Assembly: GCA_902540805.1 (NCBI GenBank) | Contig: CACBON010000001.1 | Location: 85,777 to 149,776, forward strand | DNA: 64,000 nucleotides | DNA from: an uncultured Alphaproteobacteria bacterium | GTDB lineage: Bacteria > Pseudomonadota > Alphaproteobacteria > Methylaequorales > Methylaequoraceae | Direction: 5' to 3' | In this document: positions 18,748-27,246 of the stretch, one piece after another | Position numbering within the stretch: position 1 is the first letter of the stretch | Layout: each line of letters opens with the position of its first letter | Program-made: the position numbers and the translations under genes | The notes under the pieces: model-generated | What the model was told of the DNA's origin: nothing | The model's database searches: none | What the model saw: the letters and a program-made list of their open reading frames with translations, nothing else

Positions 18748-19107
18748 TTAAATTTTGTTATCTTCAATAAGTTTTTCTATATTAAAACCATCCTTAAAGG
18801 AACTGAAATTGTCAAAAGCCTCGCATTCACCCCTAAAAGAAGAGAATTTTTGATATTTTAAATCTTTTCTGTTAATTTTAATTTCATTTATGAAAATAGA
18901 ATTTTCATTTGTATAATATTTTCCCACATCTTTCTTAACAAACTCTAAACCTTTATCCCCTCCAGCTATTTTATATTCAAAAGCTCTGTCATTTTCAAAA
19001 AAATATCCAACAGTATCTCCATATACCTTACAAACTATTCCCTTACCGTCAATTTCACCTGAGTAAGCTGACATAGATACAAATAAAAATAAGAAAAATA
19101 AAATCAT
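18748..19107 (-). CDS. Secreted hypothetical protein, paralog of 15167..15637
   Basis: 119 aa with a signal peptide. Motifs shared with 15167..15637 are listed there. Its stop abuts the start of the next gene. Confidence 0.55.
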   Translation of the reverse strand: MILFFLFLFVSMSAYSGEIDGKGIVCKVYGDTVGYFFENDRAFEYKIAGGDKGLEFVKKDVGKYYTNENSIFINEIKINRKDLKYQKFSSFRGECEAFDNFSSFKDGFNIEKLIEDNKI

Positions 19108-19359
19108 GATTTATAGAATATAGTTCTCCTATGGATATTCAACATCTCTATAAACTCTTTTAAAATAAATTACTTCAATATAAATATTACAGATTGAAAT
19201 ATATCTGAAATAAATAAGATAATTATTTATAAGTTATTGTAATTTGTTTAAAAATTAGTTATATAAAAATACCATCCACATGGTCTAAAAGTGGCGCATA
19301 GTACATGCGTCAAAAGTACATGCTTGATAACTTTAATTAACCTTAATGGAGTGAAGAGT

Positions 19360-19479
19360 ATGTTATTAACTAATAATCTTATAAAGTTTAACAACTTCTT
19401 TGTTAAAATCCCTGAGCAAACTAATAGAGTTTGGGATACGTCTGAAAATAGATGGGGATTCAAACATCTAAAGAAGTAG
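19360..19479 (+). CDS. Possible 39-aa small protein (alternatively part of a small RNA)
   Basis: GGAG lies 8 nt upstream of the ATG. Peptide MLLTNNLIKFNNFFVKIPEQTNRVWDTSENRWGFKHLKK. Followed by a 17-bp-stem terminator. Confidence 0.3.
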   Translation: MLLTNNLIKFNNFFVKIPEQTNRVWDTSENRWGFKHLKK

Positions 19480-19490
19480 AAAACTCAATT

Positions 19491-19535
19491 TATACACGTA
19501 GGAATTTTTTTAAATTCCTACGTGTATAATTTTTC
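19491..19535 (+). terminator. Rho-independent terminator
   Basis: Perfect 17-bp stem TATACACGTAGGAATTT / AAATTCCTACGTGTATA with loop TTTT, followed by AATTTTT. Confidence 0.75.
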
Positions 19536-19573
19536 GTTTAAATTAAATGTAAAATTATTATAATCAAAACATT

Positions 19574-20170
19574 GTGAAACAGATTCTTCTTATATTCGTA
19601 TTTTCTTTTGTTTTGGGTTGCGCTAAAAATTTTGATAAATCAAAAATCCTTCAAGTTTCTCCTCCTGCTACAGCAAAAATTGAAGGGAAACATGCAATTT
19701 TTATTTCCCAGAAAAATTTTAATCAAATAAATCAAATAAAATCTGAAAACTGTGAATCATGGGCACTAAAATTAAACTTTGATGAACCTATCAAAAAATC
19801 AATTGAGAGTTTAGTCAATAAAATGTTTAAAGATTTTGAAATAGTAGATCAAAAATTAGAAAAAGAAAAAATAGAGGAAAATGGTTTTGTTTCTCAAGTT
19901 TCTTTCTACGATTTCAAAGGTAACTCTCAATTTGAAACAGTTAGAAATACTGGTATATACAAAATTTCTTTAGATGCCAAAATTGAAGTATCAAATTCTT
20001 CCAAAAGTATTACAAATGACATTTCTTCAAATATGAATTGGGAGAAGAATATTTTTATTAACTGTAATTTACAGGAAGGTGCAGTTAAGTCTGGACAAAA
20101 AGCTTTAAAAAATCTAATTGAAAGAGTCTACGAAACAACCTACGAATCAATATTTAAAATAAAGAGATAA
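19574..20170 (+). CDS. Hypothetical lipoprotein
   Basis: 198 aa with a GTG start. The N-terminus MKQILLIFVFSFVLGCAK has the lipobox LGC. Confidence 0.55.
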   Translation: MKQILLIFVFSFVLGCAKNFDKSKILQVSPPATAKIEGKHAIFISQKNFNQINQIKSENCESWALKLNFDEPIKKSIESLVNKMFKDFEIVDQKLEKEKIEENGFVSQVSFYDFKGNSQFETVRNTGIYKISLDAKIEVSNSSKSITNDISSNMNWEKNIFINCNLQEGAVKSGQKALKNLIERVYETTYESIFKIKR

Positions 20171-20176
20171 TTTCAT

Positions 20177-21193
20177 ATGAAAAAAAAAAGAAAATTTTTG
20201 CTTTTTTCTTTTTACACCATTTTTATTTTCTTTTTTAAAATAAAGTTTTCTAATAATTTATTTGCAAATTTTTATAAAAAGAATCAAACCGTTGTTTTAA
20301 CTCATAAGATCGTTTTAAGACATCTAATTTCAAAAAACCATCCGGAGAAATCAGAGAGAATTCTAGAATTAATAAATTTACTCAAAAAAAAAAATCTAGG
20401 TATTCTAATCCGTGAAATCAATCTTAAAACAAATGGAAAAAATTGGATAAAAACCATTCATTCGAATTTTCACATTAATTCTTTAAAAATCAAATATTCA
20501 GTTGGTGAAGAATCTTCACTAACCGCAGTAAAAGGTTGTATCCATGGTATTGACAAAATAATGAAAAATGAATGCAAAAATGTTTTTTGTGCCGTGCGTC
20601 CTCCTGGACATCACGCATTAAACACAGGAAAGCATGAAGGATTTTGTTATTATAATCATATTGCTATATCAGCTAAATATATCCAAAAAAAATATAAATT
20701 AAAAAAAATTCTAATTATTGATTGGGACTATCACCATGGAAATTCCACTGAATTATTCTTTTATAATGATCCTTCGGTTCTTTTCTTTTCAACTCATGAC
20801 GAAAATGCCTATCCACGAACCGGTTCACCTGATAGAACCGGAGCTGGAAAGGGCAAAGGGTATAACGTAAACATTCACCTTCCGTGCGGTACGAATGATA
20901 ATGAAATAATTGATATATATAAAAAAAAACTAGTAAAAAAAGCAAATCTTTTTGGACCTGAATTTATTTTAATTTCAGCTGGATTTGATAGTAGAAAAGA
21001 TGATCCTCTAGGTTGTTTTAAAGTTTCAGACAAGGGATTTAAAAAACTTACAACAATAGCACTGGAAATAGCTGAGAAACACTGTAGTGGTAGACTTCTG
21101 TCTATTTTAGAGGGTGGATATAATATTGAAGGAAATGCAAAGGCAGCTGTAAAACATATAGAGACTTTAAATAATTTTAACAAAATCATTTAA
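20177..21193 (+). CDS. Histone deacetylase-family enzyme (acetoin utilisation / acetylpolyamine amidohydrolase-like) with a hydrophobic N-terminal extension
   Basis: RPPGHHA, IIDWDYHHGN, ISAGFDS and EGGY motifs of Zn-dependent deacetylases. The first ~30 aa are a basic plus hydrophobic segment. Confidence 0.85.
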   Translation: MKKKRKFLLFSFYTIFIFFFKIKFSNNLFANFYKKNQTVVLTHKIVLRHLISKNHPEKSERILELINLLKKKNLGILIREINLKTNGKNWIKTIHSNFHINSLKIKYSVGEESSLTAVKGCIHGIDKIMKNECKNVFCAVRPPGHHALNTGKHEGFCYYNHIAISAKYIQKKYKLKKILIIDWDYHHGNSTELFFYNDPSVLFFSTHDENAYPRTGSPDRTGAGKGKGYNVNIHLPCGTNDNEIIDIYKKKLVKKANLFGPEFILISAGFDSRKDDPLGCFKVSDKGFKKLTTIALEIAEKHCSGRLLSILEGGYNIEGNAKAAVKHIETLNNFNKII

Positions 21194-21242
21194 AAAAATT
21201 TCCAATACTGATATTAATCTTTTTTAACTTTAAATAATAACA

Positions 21243-21833
21243 ATGGGAAAAAAATTAGACTTAATTCAATATAAACGAGCATTGGACTTTTCGTACAACT
21301 ATTACAGGCAGAAATATAGGAAAGGAATAAAGTTTCCATATTTTAATTACCTTTCATCGGTAAGTAATTTGATAATAGAAAATAATGGAAATACTGATGA
21401 AGCAATTGCAGCTTTAATTCACGATTATTTTGAACTGGAAGATATAACTAAAAAGTCAAATATTATAAAAAAGAAATTCGGAGTAAAAGTTTTTAATATA
21501 GTTAAACAATGCTCTGATTCCCAAGATCTTAATAGCAAAAACGATCAATGGATTGAAAAAAAAAAAGAATACCTAGACACAATTCAAAAAAAATCTCAAT
21601 CTTCCCTTTTTGTGATTATGTGTGATAAACTTCACAGTGTTAGTTGTATGATAAATGATCATAATAAAATTGGAAAAAAATTATGGAGTAATCATTTTCA
21701 ATCAACTAATGATATTTTGTGGTACTACAAAACACTTTGTAATAAATTAAAAAAATTCCTAAAAAATCATAAAACACTCAAAGACAGATTCCAAAGAAAC
21801 GTTAATGAATTAGAATATAAGATAAAAAATTAA
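21243..21833 (+). CDS. HD-domain-like protein (SpoT/Mesh1-type hydrolase fold, possibly degenerate)
   Basis: AIAALIHDYFELEDI resembles the HD motif region (LLHDvvED). The upstream His positions appear replaced by Tyr. Tentative. Confidence 0.35.
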   Translation: MGKKLDLIQYKRALDFSYNYYRQKYRKGIKFPYFNYLSSVSNLIIENNGNTDEAIAALIHDYFELEDITKKSNIIKKKFGVKVFNIVKQCSDSQDLNSKNDQWIEKKKEYLDTIQKKSQSSLFVIMCDKLHSVSCMINDHNKIGKKLWSNHFQSTNDILWYYKTLCNKLKKFLKNHKTLKDRFQRNVNELEYKIKN

Positions 21834-21858
21834 AAAAATATATTAATATTCCCTTAAG

Positions 21859-22176
21859 ATGATTTTTTTCCTTCTGAGACTCTCACTTTTCGTTATCGGA
21901 ATTACTTTTCTTATGGTTTTTATCGTTTCTTTTGTTATCTTAATTAAAACAATTTATTTATCAGATACACAATTAATTGCTCACTTATTTAATAATTATG
22001 AAAAATGTGGCAAAAGTTTCGTTATAGCTAACAAGGAATTATGCGAGAGAATTGCTACCTCTTATTGGATGATATTCATTTTAATTGCTTCACTTGTAAT
22101 TTCCTTTATAACATTGTTCCCATTTTTTATAATGAGAAAAAAAAATGACAAAAACTCCTCTGAATCAAAAAAATAA
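21859..22176 (+). CDS. Small membrane protein, hypothetical
   Basis: 105 aa with two TM segments. Confidence 0.4.
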   Translation: MIFFLLRLSLFVIGITFLMVFIVSFVILIKTIYLSDTQLIAHLFNNYEKCGKSFVIANKELCERIATSYWMIFILIASLVISFITLFPFFIMRKKNDKNSSESKK

Positions 22177-23059
22177 GTTTTTCAAATTACATAAAGAACA
22201 AGCTTTAAAAGATATACAAATTTCAATTGAAAAATGGAGTGATTTTAAAGAAAAAAATTTTTTATACCAGATTTTTTCCCAAAATAAGAAGCCCAAGCAT
22301 TGGGAAGTCTCAAATTTAATGTTAGATCTTTTCGATGTCCATCTTATATGGTCAAAAAATGTAATAAGATCTCAAACAAATATAAAAAAAAGCGAGGTTT
22401 TAAGTGTATTATTAGCAATGAAGGATTTTTACTCAAAAATTTCAATTGTGAAACCTGACCTAACACACCCAGATATAATCGATTGCTTCAATTTGACTGC
22501 TAAAGAAAATAACTTAAAACAAAAAACAATAAAATTTAAAGATAAGATTGAAATAAATTTTTATGATCCCTTTAATAATATTCTGGGAAAAGAAATGAAA
22601 AATATTGAACAGAAATATTATCGTGAAAAAAAAATTGCCTTAAAAAACATTCAAAATGCTTTTGATTTCTTAGATCAAATTGATAACAAAATGACCAAGT
22701 TTGATCTAAACGAATTGGAAAAGCCTGAAATTTTAATTTGCAATAAAGCTAACTCACTTTATGAACTTAAATTCTTATGGTGTGGTCAGCAATTAGAATC
22801 TTATAAAAATTTAAAAAAAAAAGACATAATAGAAAAGTTAAATGAATTAAAAAATACAATAAATTATTTTAATATTTTACGTCCAAACCTCTCTGATATT
22901 TTAATTGGTAGGATGTACAAATGTTTGGTGGATGATAATAAGAGTTTTCTTCATTTTCAAAGATTAAAAATCAAAATTGATTTGATCAAAATAAATTTTA
23001 AAAAATTAATAACATTTTTAAAATGTAAACTTAAAAAAAAGAAATATTTCAATCTATAG
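22145..23059 (+). CDS. Hypothetical protein (Lys/Asn-rich)
   Basis: A 304-aa ORF that fills the gap up to tRNA-Arg. No recognisable motifs. Confidence 0.45.
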   Translation: MTKTPLNQKNKFFKLHKEQALKDIQISIEKWSDFKEKNFLYQIFSQNKKPKHWEVSNLMLDLFDVHLIWSKNVIRSQTNIKKSEVLSVLLAMKDFYSKISIVKPDLTHPDIIDCFNLTAKENNLKQKTIKFKDKIEINFYDPFNNILGKEMKNIEQKYYREKKIALKNIQNAFDFLDQIDNKMTKFDLNELEKPEILICNKANSLYELKFLWCGQQLESYKNLKKKDIIEKLNELKNTINYFNILRPNLSDILIGRMYKCLVDDNKSFLHFQRLKIKIDLIKINFKKLITFLKCKLKKKKYFNL

Positions 23060-23085
23060 TTTCTTTATGTATAAATAGATTTATT

Positions 23086-23162
23086 GGCCCCGTAGCTCAG
23101 CTGGATAGAGCAACTGCCTTCTAAGCAGTAGGTCGTACGTTCGAATCGTACCGGGGTCGCCA
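23086..23162 (+). tRNA. tRNA-Arg (anticodon UCU)
   Basis: Cloverleaf: GGCCCCG/CGGGGTC acceptor, anticodon arm ACTGC-CTTCTAA-GCAGT, T-arm GTACG-TTCGAAT-CGTAC, encoded CCA. Confidence 0.9.
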
Positions 23163-23174
23163 GAGTGTTTAAAT

Positions 23175-23513
23175 ATGATTAAAATTTTAATTTTTATAAT
23201 TTTTTTTGTTAACAAGTCTGCAATATCAAAAGACTTCAAATTAGTGTGTTCAGAAATAAATTCTTCCCTAGATATTGGATTAAGCAGTGACTTTGCTAAA
23301 ATTGTAAATTTTAAAGATCGAACCATAGTAAATTATTCGGGTGGATTTTTTGATGATGTAGTTTTATTTGGAAGAAATGAAATTGTCTTTAATAATAAGG
23401 TATTTAATACAAGGAGCACCTTTAACATTGCCACAAACAAATGGATAACATACAAAGAGCAATATATAAAGAGTTATAACTGTAACAAAGATGAAGTTAA
23501 AAGGCGCTTTTAA
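23175..23513 (+). CDS. Small secreted two-Cys hypothetical protein
   Basis: 112 aa with a signal-like N-terminus. Followed by the hairpin AAAGGCG...CGCCTTT. Confidence 0.45.
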   Translation: MIKILIFIIFFVNKSAISKDFKLVCSEINSSLDIGLSSDFAKIVNFKDRTIVNYSGGFFDDVVLFGRNEIVFNNKVFNTRSTFNIATNKWITYKEQYIKSYNCNKDEVKRRF

Positions 23514-23768
23514 AAAAAACGCCTTTTATAATTAACATGGGGAGGAAGTATGTTTATAATATCAAATTTTAATAATTATAGAAATTTATTTTCATAATAC
23601 AGTTTATTCATTTTGTGAATATATATCTTTTAGCATTGATACTTGCAATCATTGATACCTACCTATCTTACATATATTTCTTTAGGTTAAAAAAAAAAAA
23701 GTTTTCGATAATTTTTCTATGCTTCCTTGTCTCATTTTACTTGATACTGTTATTGCTGAGATATCTTT

Positions 23769-24377
23769 TTAATTTATAGACGGTAAAACAATCTTTTTTT
23801 CTATCAACGATTCAAACTCTTTATTAAGTAAACTTAACTCTTCAGGTTTTAAAGAAATTGCAATTTGTTCAATAAAATATTCACTTTCTTGTATCCCATG
23901 CATCTTTGATTTTAAAAATAATTTATAAGCTTTCTTTAAATCTTTAACGGTACCTGTTCCAGTAAAATGCATATTAGCTAGATTATACATTGCTCTTGGA
24001 TGACCAAAGTCTGATGCCATTTGGTATAATTCATATGCTTTGAAAACATCTTTATTTACGTTTTCTCCGTTATAATACATCCAACCCAAATTGAATAAAG
24101 CATACTTATTTGATAATTGTGAAGCAGACTCGTAATAATAAAGTGCTCTTGTTTTATCGGTTTGTATTCCGAAACCGTTGTCATAAATTAAAGCAATATT
24201 AAACATTGCATCACTTCTTTTTTCATGATTCTCGTCTTCAGCTACCTTTTTAAAGTGAATTATTGCTTGTTCTATCATTTTTTTATTATAAAGCTCTAGA
24301 GCTTTAAAATAGTCGTTAGCTGTAGCAGAAAATCCAATTCCAATAATAAAAATTGCAATAAAATATTTTTTAAACAT
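23769..24377 (-). CDS. Sel1-repeat (TPR-like) secreted protein
   Basis: 202 aa with a signal peptide, then repeated Sel1 units (A..YYE.A...G...A.FNLG.MY..G.GV..D...A...Y). Confidence 0.8.
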   Translation of the reverse strand: MFKKYFIAIFIIGIGFSATANDYFKALELYNKKMIEQAIIHFKKVAEDENHEKRSDAMFNIALIYDNGFGIQTDKTRALYYYESASQLSNKYALFNLGWMYYNGENVNKDVFKAYELYQMASDFGHPRAMYNLANMHFTGTGTVKDLKKAYKLFLKSKMHGIQESEYFIEQIAISLKPEELSLLNKEFESLIEKKIVLPSIN

Positions 24378-24423
24378 AATTTTCTCCTATAAATATCAAT
24401 AACAAAGCTTTCCAAAAACTGAA

Positions 24424-24500
<77 letters not shown>

Positions 24501-24626
24501 TTTATCTGCTTATAATATATGAATTTGTTAATTAAAAGTGAAAAATATAAATTTTTCTTTTAAATGTTGTTGTTATTTTTAGATTACATTAATATTAATT
24601 AAATTAGAGGAAATGGAAATTAAGAG

Positions 24627-25952
24627 GTGAAATTCAAATTACATCTGGCTATCTTAGCATTATTATCCTATCCCCTTATTTCAACCTCTGAAGAACTTTC
24701 CGATGTTCTGAAAGATGCATATAGTTTTTATCCTGACATTAAAAAAAGTAAAACAGAACTAAAAATTTCAGAAAAAGATTTAAAAATTTCAAAAACTGAT
24801 TTTCTACCATCCCTTGATTTTTCAGCTTCACAAGGAAGGAAAATTTCGAAAAGCAATCCTGATACATCTCGAATTAATGATAGCGCAATCAACCCAACTA
24901 CTTTCGACATAGATTTATCTCAACCACTAGGTTACACAAAAGCAATAAATTTCAAGCAAGCTAAAAATAATTTGAACATTGCAAAATTAAGCTTTTACGC
25001 TACAGTTCAAGATGTTTTATTTAAAGCTAGTAGAGCTTATTATACTGTCTTAAAAGATCATTTTCTTTTAGATGTTTCAAAGAGGAATGAAGAAACTCTT
25101 GAAAAAAAACTCGAAGCTACAGAAAAAAGGTTCGAATTTAAAGACGTAACTAAAACCGACGTGTTTCAGGCCAAAGCAAGGTTAGCAGGTGCCACGTCAA
25201 AAAGAATAGAAGCTGAAAATAATTTAGAAATTTCAATTTCTGACTTTAAAACAATTGTTGGTAGAGCTCCAAATATTAGATGGCTTGATTCTAATAATGC
25301 CCAAATTGTCGACGCTAATCCAAAAGATTGGTCAAAATTTGGAGAAATTCCAAAACTTCCAAAATCTTTGGATGATTCAATAAAAACGGGTTTAGAAAAG
25401 AACCCAGATTACAGAAAATTAAAATTACAACTTATGAACTCAAAATTGGATGTAAGAAAAAATAATTTAAATTTTGCACCCGAATTATCTTTGTCTGGAT
25501 CAGTAGGAAAATCACTCGATTCCTCTAGAACAATTGAAAGAACAGATTCATACTCAGTAACTGCTAATGTTACAGTTCCATTATTTAACAAAGGGCATAA
25601 TTTATTGAATTTAGAAAAATCCAAAGATTCTGCTCTTACAGTGATTAGATCAATTGAGACAAAAAAACTTGATTTGCAATTTCAAATTAATTCGGCATGG
25701 AAGAAAATAGAAAGTTCAAAATCAAGTATTGAATCTCTTGAAGTTTCTGTTGAATCAAATTTAATGGCAGTTGAGGGTGTAACTAAAGAAGCAAGTGTTG
25801 GTACCAGAACAACGTTAGAAATTCTAGATGCACAAAAAGATCTAACAGATTCTGAATCAAATTTAGTAAACGCTCAATATCAACTTATTATTTCATCCTT
25901 CGAATTATTGAAATTATGCGGAATTCTAAATTTCGAAACAATTGAAAAATAA
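24627..25952 (+). CDS. tolC: TolC-family outer-membrane efflux/secretion protein (T1SS locus A)
   Basis: 441 aa with a GTG start and signal peptide. Two-repeat TolC architecture with typical LP(S/E)L(D/S).S and coiled-coil segments. Confidence 0.85.
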   Translation: MKFKLHLAILALLSYPLISTSEELSDVLKDAYSFYPDIKKSKTELKISEKDLKISKTDFLPSLDFSASQGRKISKSNPDTSRINDSAINPTTFDIDLSQPLGYTKAINFKQAKNNLNIAKLSFYATVQDVLFKASRAYYTVLKDHFLLDVSKRNEETLEKKLEATEKRFEFKDVTKTDVFQAKARLAGATSKRIEAENNLEISISDFKTIVGRAPNIRWLDSNNAQIVDANPKDWSKFGEIPKLPKSLDDSIKTGLEKNPDYRKLKLQLMNSKLDVRKNNLNFAPELSLSGSVGKSLDSSRTIERTDSYSVTANVTVPLFNKGHNLLNLEKSKDSALTVIRSIETKKLDLQFQINSAWKKIESSKSSIESLEVSVESNLMAVEGVTKEASVGTRTTLEILDAQKDLTDSESNLVNAQYQLIISSFELLKLCGILNFETIEK

Positions 25953-26065
25953 AATTAATTAAAGCTTGCTTAAAATTTAAAAATAAAATAATGTTAAAAT
26001 AGACTGTATCGACTTTTTAAAGTATTAACACAATTTAATTTTTCAACTTAATAAAGGAATTTATT

Positions 26066-27157
26066 ATGGCAGACTTTACTACACTGCCTCCTGACCTTAT
26101 GGATCTCGGCGATGCTGCAGGTACTGCTGCATTCGATGCGATGCAGGGCGGAGGTAGTTTTGACGAATGTATGACTGCAGCAATGGACGTTATGACGGAA
26201 GGTGGAATGCCACCTGAAATCATGGCAAACATGGCTGATACCGCTCAAGGTGCATACAACGATTTTATGGCTGAAAACCCTGGTGCAAGTGCAACAGAGG
26301 CCTTTGACGCTGTAACTGAGGTTATGGATACTCATTTAGACGGATGTCCTGACGGACCATGCACAGATTTTGGAGGTGACATGCCTCCAGTTCCGGACAT
26401 GGGACCAGGTGCTGATGCTCCCCCACCTCCGCCTCCGGGTGATTTACCAGGCGCTCCAGGTGATATGGCAGGCGGTCCCGCTATCGATCCAGCCACTGGA
26501 ATGGCGCCACAACCTCCTGAAGGCCCAGGTGAAGGTGGACCTCCTCCAGGGGATATGGCAGGACCAGACGGACCTCCTCCAGGCGACATGGCAGCAGGTG
26601 GACCAGAATTCGGACCAGCAACCCCTCCTCCTGATATGGGACCAGAGACAATGGGACCTGATGGACCTCCTCCAGGCATGGATATGGATGGAGACGGAAT
26701 GCCCCCTCCACCTCCAGGTGATATGGCAGGCGGTCCCGCTATCGATCCAGCCACTGGAATGGCGCCACAACCTCCTGAAGGCCCAGGTGAAGGTGGTTAC
26801 GATGACGGACCAGCACCAATGGACTATCCTCCAGACGGACCTCCTCCAGGTGAACCAGGAGGACCGGATCCATTATTTGGTGAAGGTGGACCAGCTGGTG
26901 GACCGCCACCACTTGACATGCCTCCAGGAGATCCAATGGGTGAACCAGGACCAATGGATGGCGGACCTGGTGCTCCAGGTGATATGCCTCCTGATGGAAT
27001 GGGCGATATGCATACTCATATGGACGATGCTGGAGCACATCATACACCAACAGACGGGCCTCCAATAGATCCTGCTGCTGGAATGGATCCAGGTGATATG
27101 CCTGCAGATATGCCTCCACCTCCTGACGATCCAAATGATGGTGGTGAGGTAGTCTAA
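26066..27157 (+). CDS. Acidic Pro/Gly/Met/Asp-rich low-complexity protein (candidate T1SS-A cargo); no signal peptide and no RTX repeats
   Basis: 363 aa with SD AAAGGA upstream. Ala/Met/Asp helical-looking N-terminal ~100 aa, then PPPGDMAG-type repeats, and a C-terminal Met/His cluster GDMHTHMDDAGAHH. Own terminator downstream. This frame is chosen over 6 overlapping ORFs because of the SD, the ATG and its consistent repeat sense. Confidence 0.7.
   Translation: MADFTTLPPDLMDLGDAAGTAAFDAMQGGGSFDECMTAAMDVMTEGGMPPEIMANMADTAQGAYNDFMAENPGASATEAFDAVTEVMDTHLDGCPDGPCTDFGGDMPPVPDMGPGADAPPPPPPGDLPGAPGDMAGGPAIDPATGMAPQPPEGPGEGGPPPGDMAGPDGPPPGDMAAGGPEFGPATPPPDMGPETMGPDGPPPGMDMDGDGMPPPPPGDMAGGPAIDPATGMAPQPPEGPGEGGYDDGPAPMDYPPDGPPPGEPGGPDPLFGEGGPAGGPPPLDMPPGDPMGEPGPMDGGPGAPGDMPPDGMGDMHTHMDDAGAHHTPTDGPPIDPAAGMDPGDMPADMPPPPDDPNDGGEVV
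26454..26538 (+). repeat. 85-bp exact direct repeat, copy 1 (copy 2 at 26712..26796)
   Basis: CTCCAGGTGATATGGCAGGCGGTCCCGCTATCGATCCAGCCACTGGAATGGCGCCACAACCTCCTGAAGGCCCAGGTGAAGGTGG occurs twice, 258 bp (86 codons) apart and in frame. It encodes PGDMAGGPAIDPATGMAPQPPEGPGEGG. Confidence 0.9.
26712..26796 (+). repeat. 85-bp exact direct repeat, copy 2
   Basis: Identical to 26454..26538 by direct reading. Confidence 0.9.
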
Positions 27158-27181
27158 AGCTATACTTCTTTAAGTAAAAAA

Positions 27182-27214
27182 CCCTCTCACAGTTTCTGAG
27201 AGGGTTTTTTTTTT
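27182..27214 (+). terminator. Rho-independent terminator between the cargo gene and the ABC gene
   Basis: 8-bp GC-rich stem CCCTCTCA / TGAGAGGG with a 7-nt loop, followed by T10. Confidence 0.8.
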
Positions 27215-27246
27215 GATTAAATCAAAAATTAATATATTATGTTCAC

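Noticed and set aside
19248-19479. The 71-aa (minus) and 62-aa (plus, GTG-start) ORFs from the track.
   Set aside because: They mutually overlap, have no SD, and have odd composition. The region is better explained as a short promoter-to-terminator unit carrying an sRNA or a 39-aa ORF.
23081-23326. An 81-aa minus-strand ORF.
   Set aside because: It overlaps tRNA-Arg (23086..23162) and the better-supported plus-strand ORF 23175..23513, so it is spurious.
26066-26160. A possible double-glycine leader (…FDAMQGG|G) on the 363-aa protein, processed by the adjacent ABC protein.
   Set aside because: The ABC N-terminal domain has no Cys at the catalytic position, and its ORF cannot extend upstream, so it cannot be an active C39 peptidase. 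The upstream leader consensus (LS..EL..I.GG) is also not matched.
26035-27134. Six additional long ORFs overlapping the Pro/Gly-rich gene in other frames and on the opposite strand (for example 26332..26754, 26370..27068, 26739..27134).
   Set aside because: They are a by-product of a GC-rich, stop-poor repeat sequence. They lack SD/ATG context, and their translations are repeat ghosts (Trp/Arg/His- or Leu/Gln/Val-rich). Only the 26066..27157 frame has an SD, fits the operon layout, and shares motifs with the neighbouring RTX proteins.
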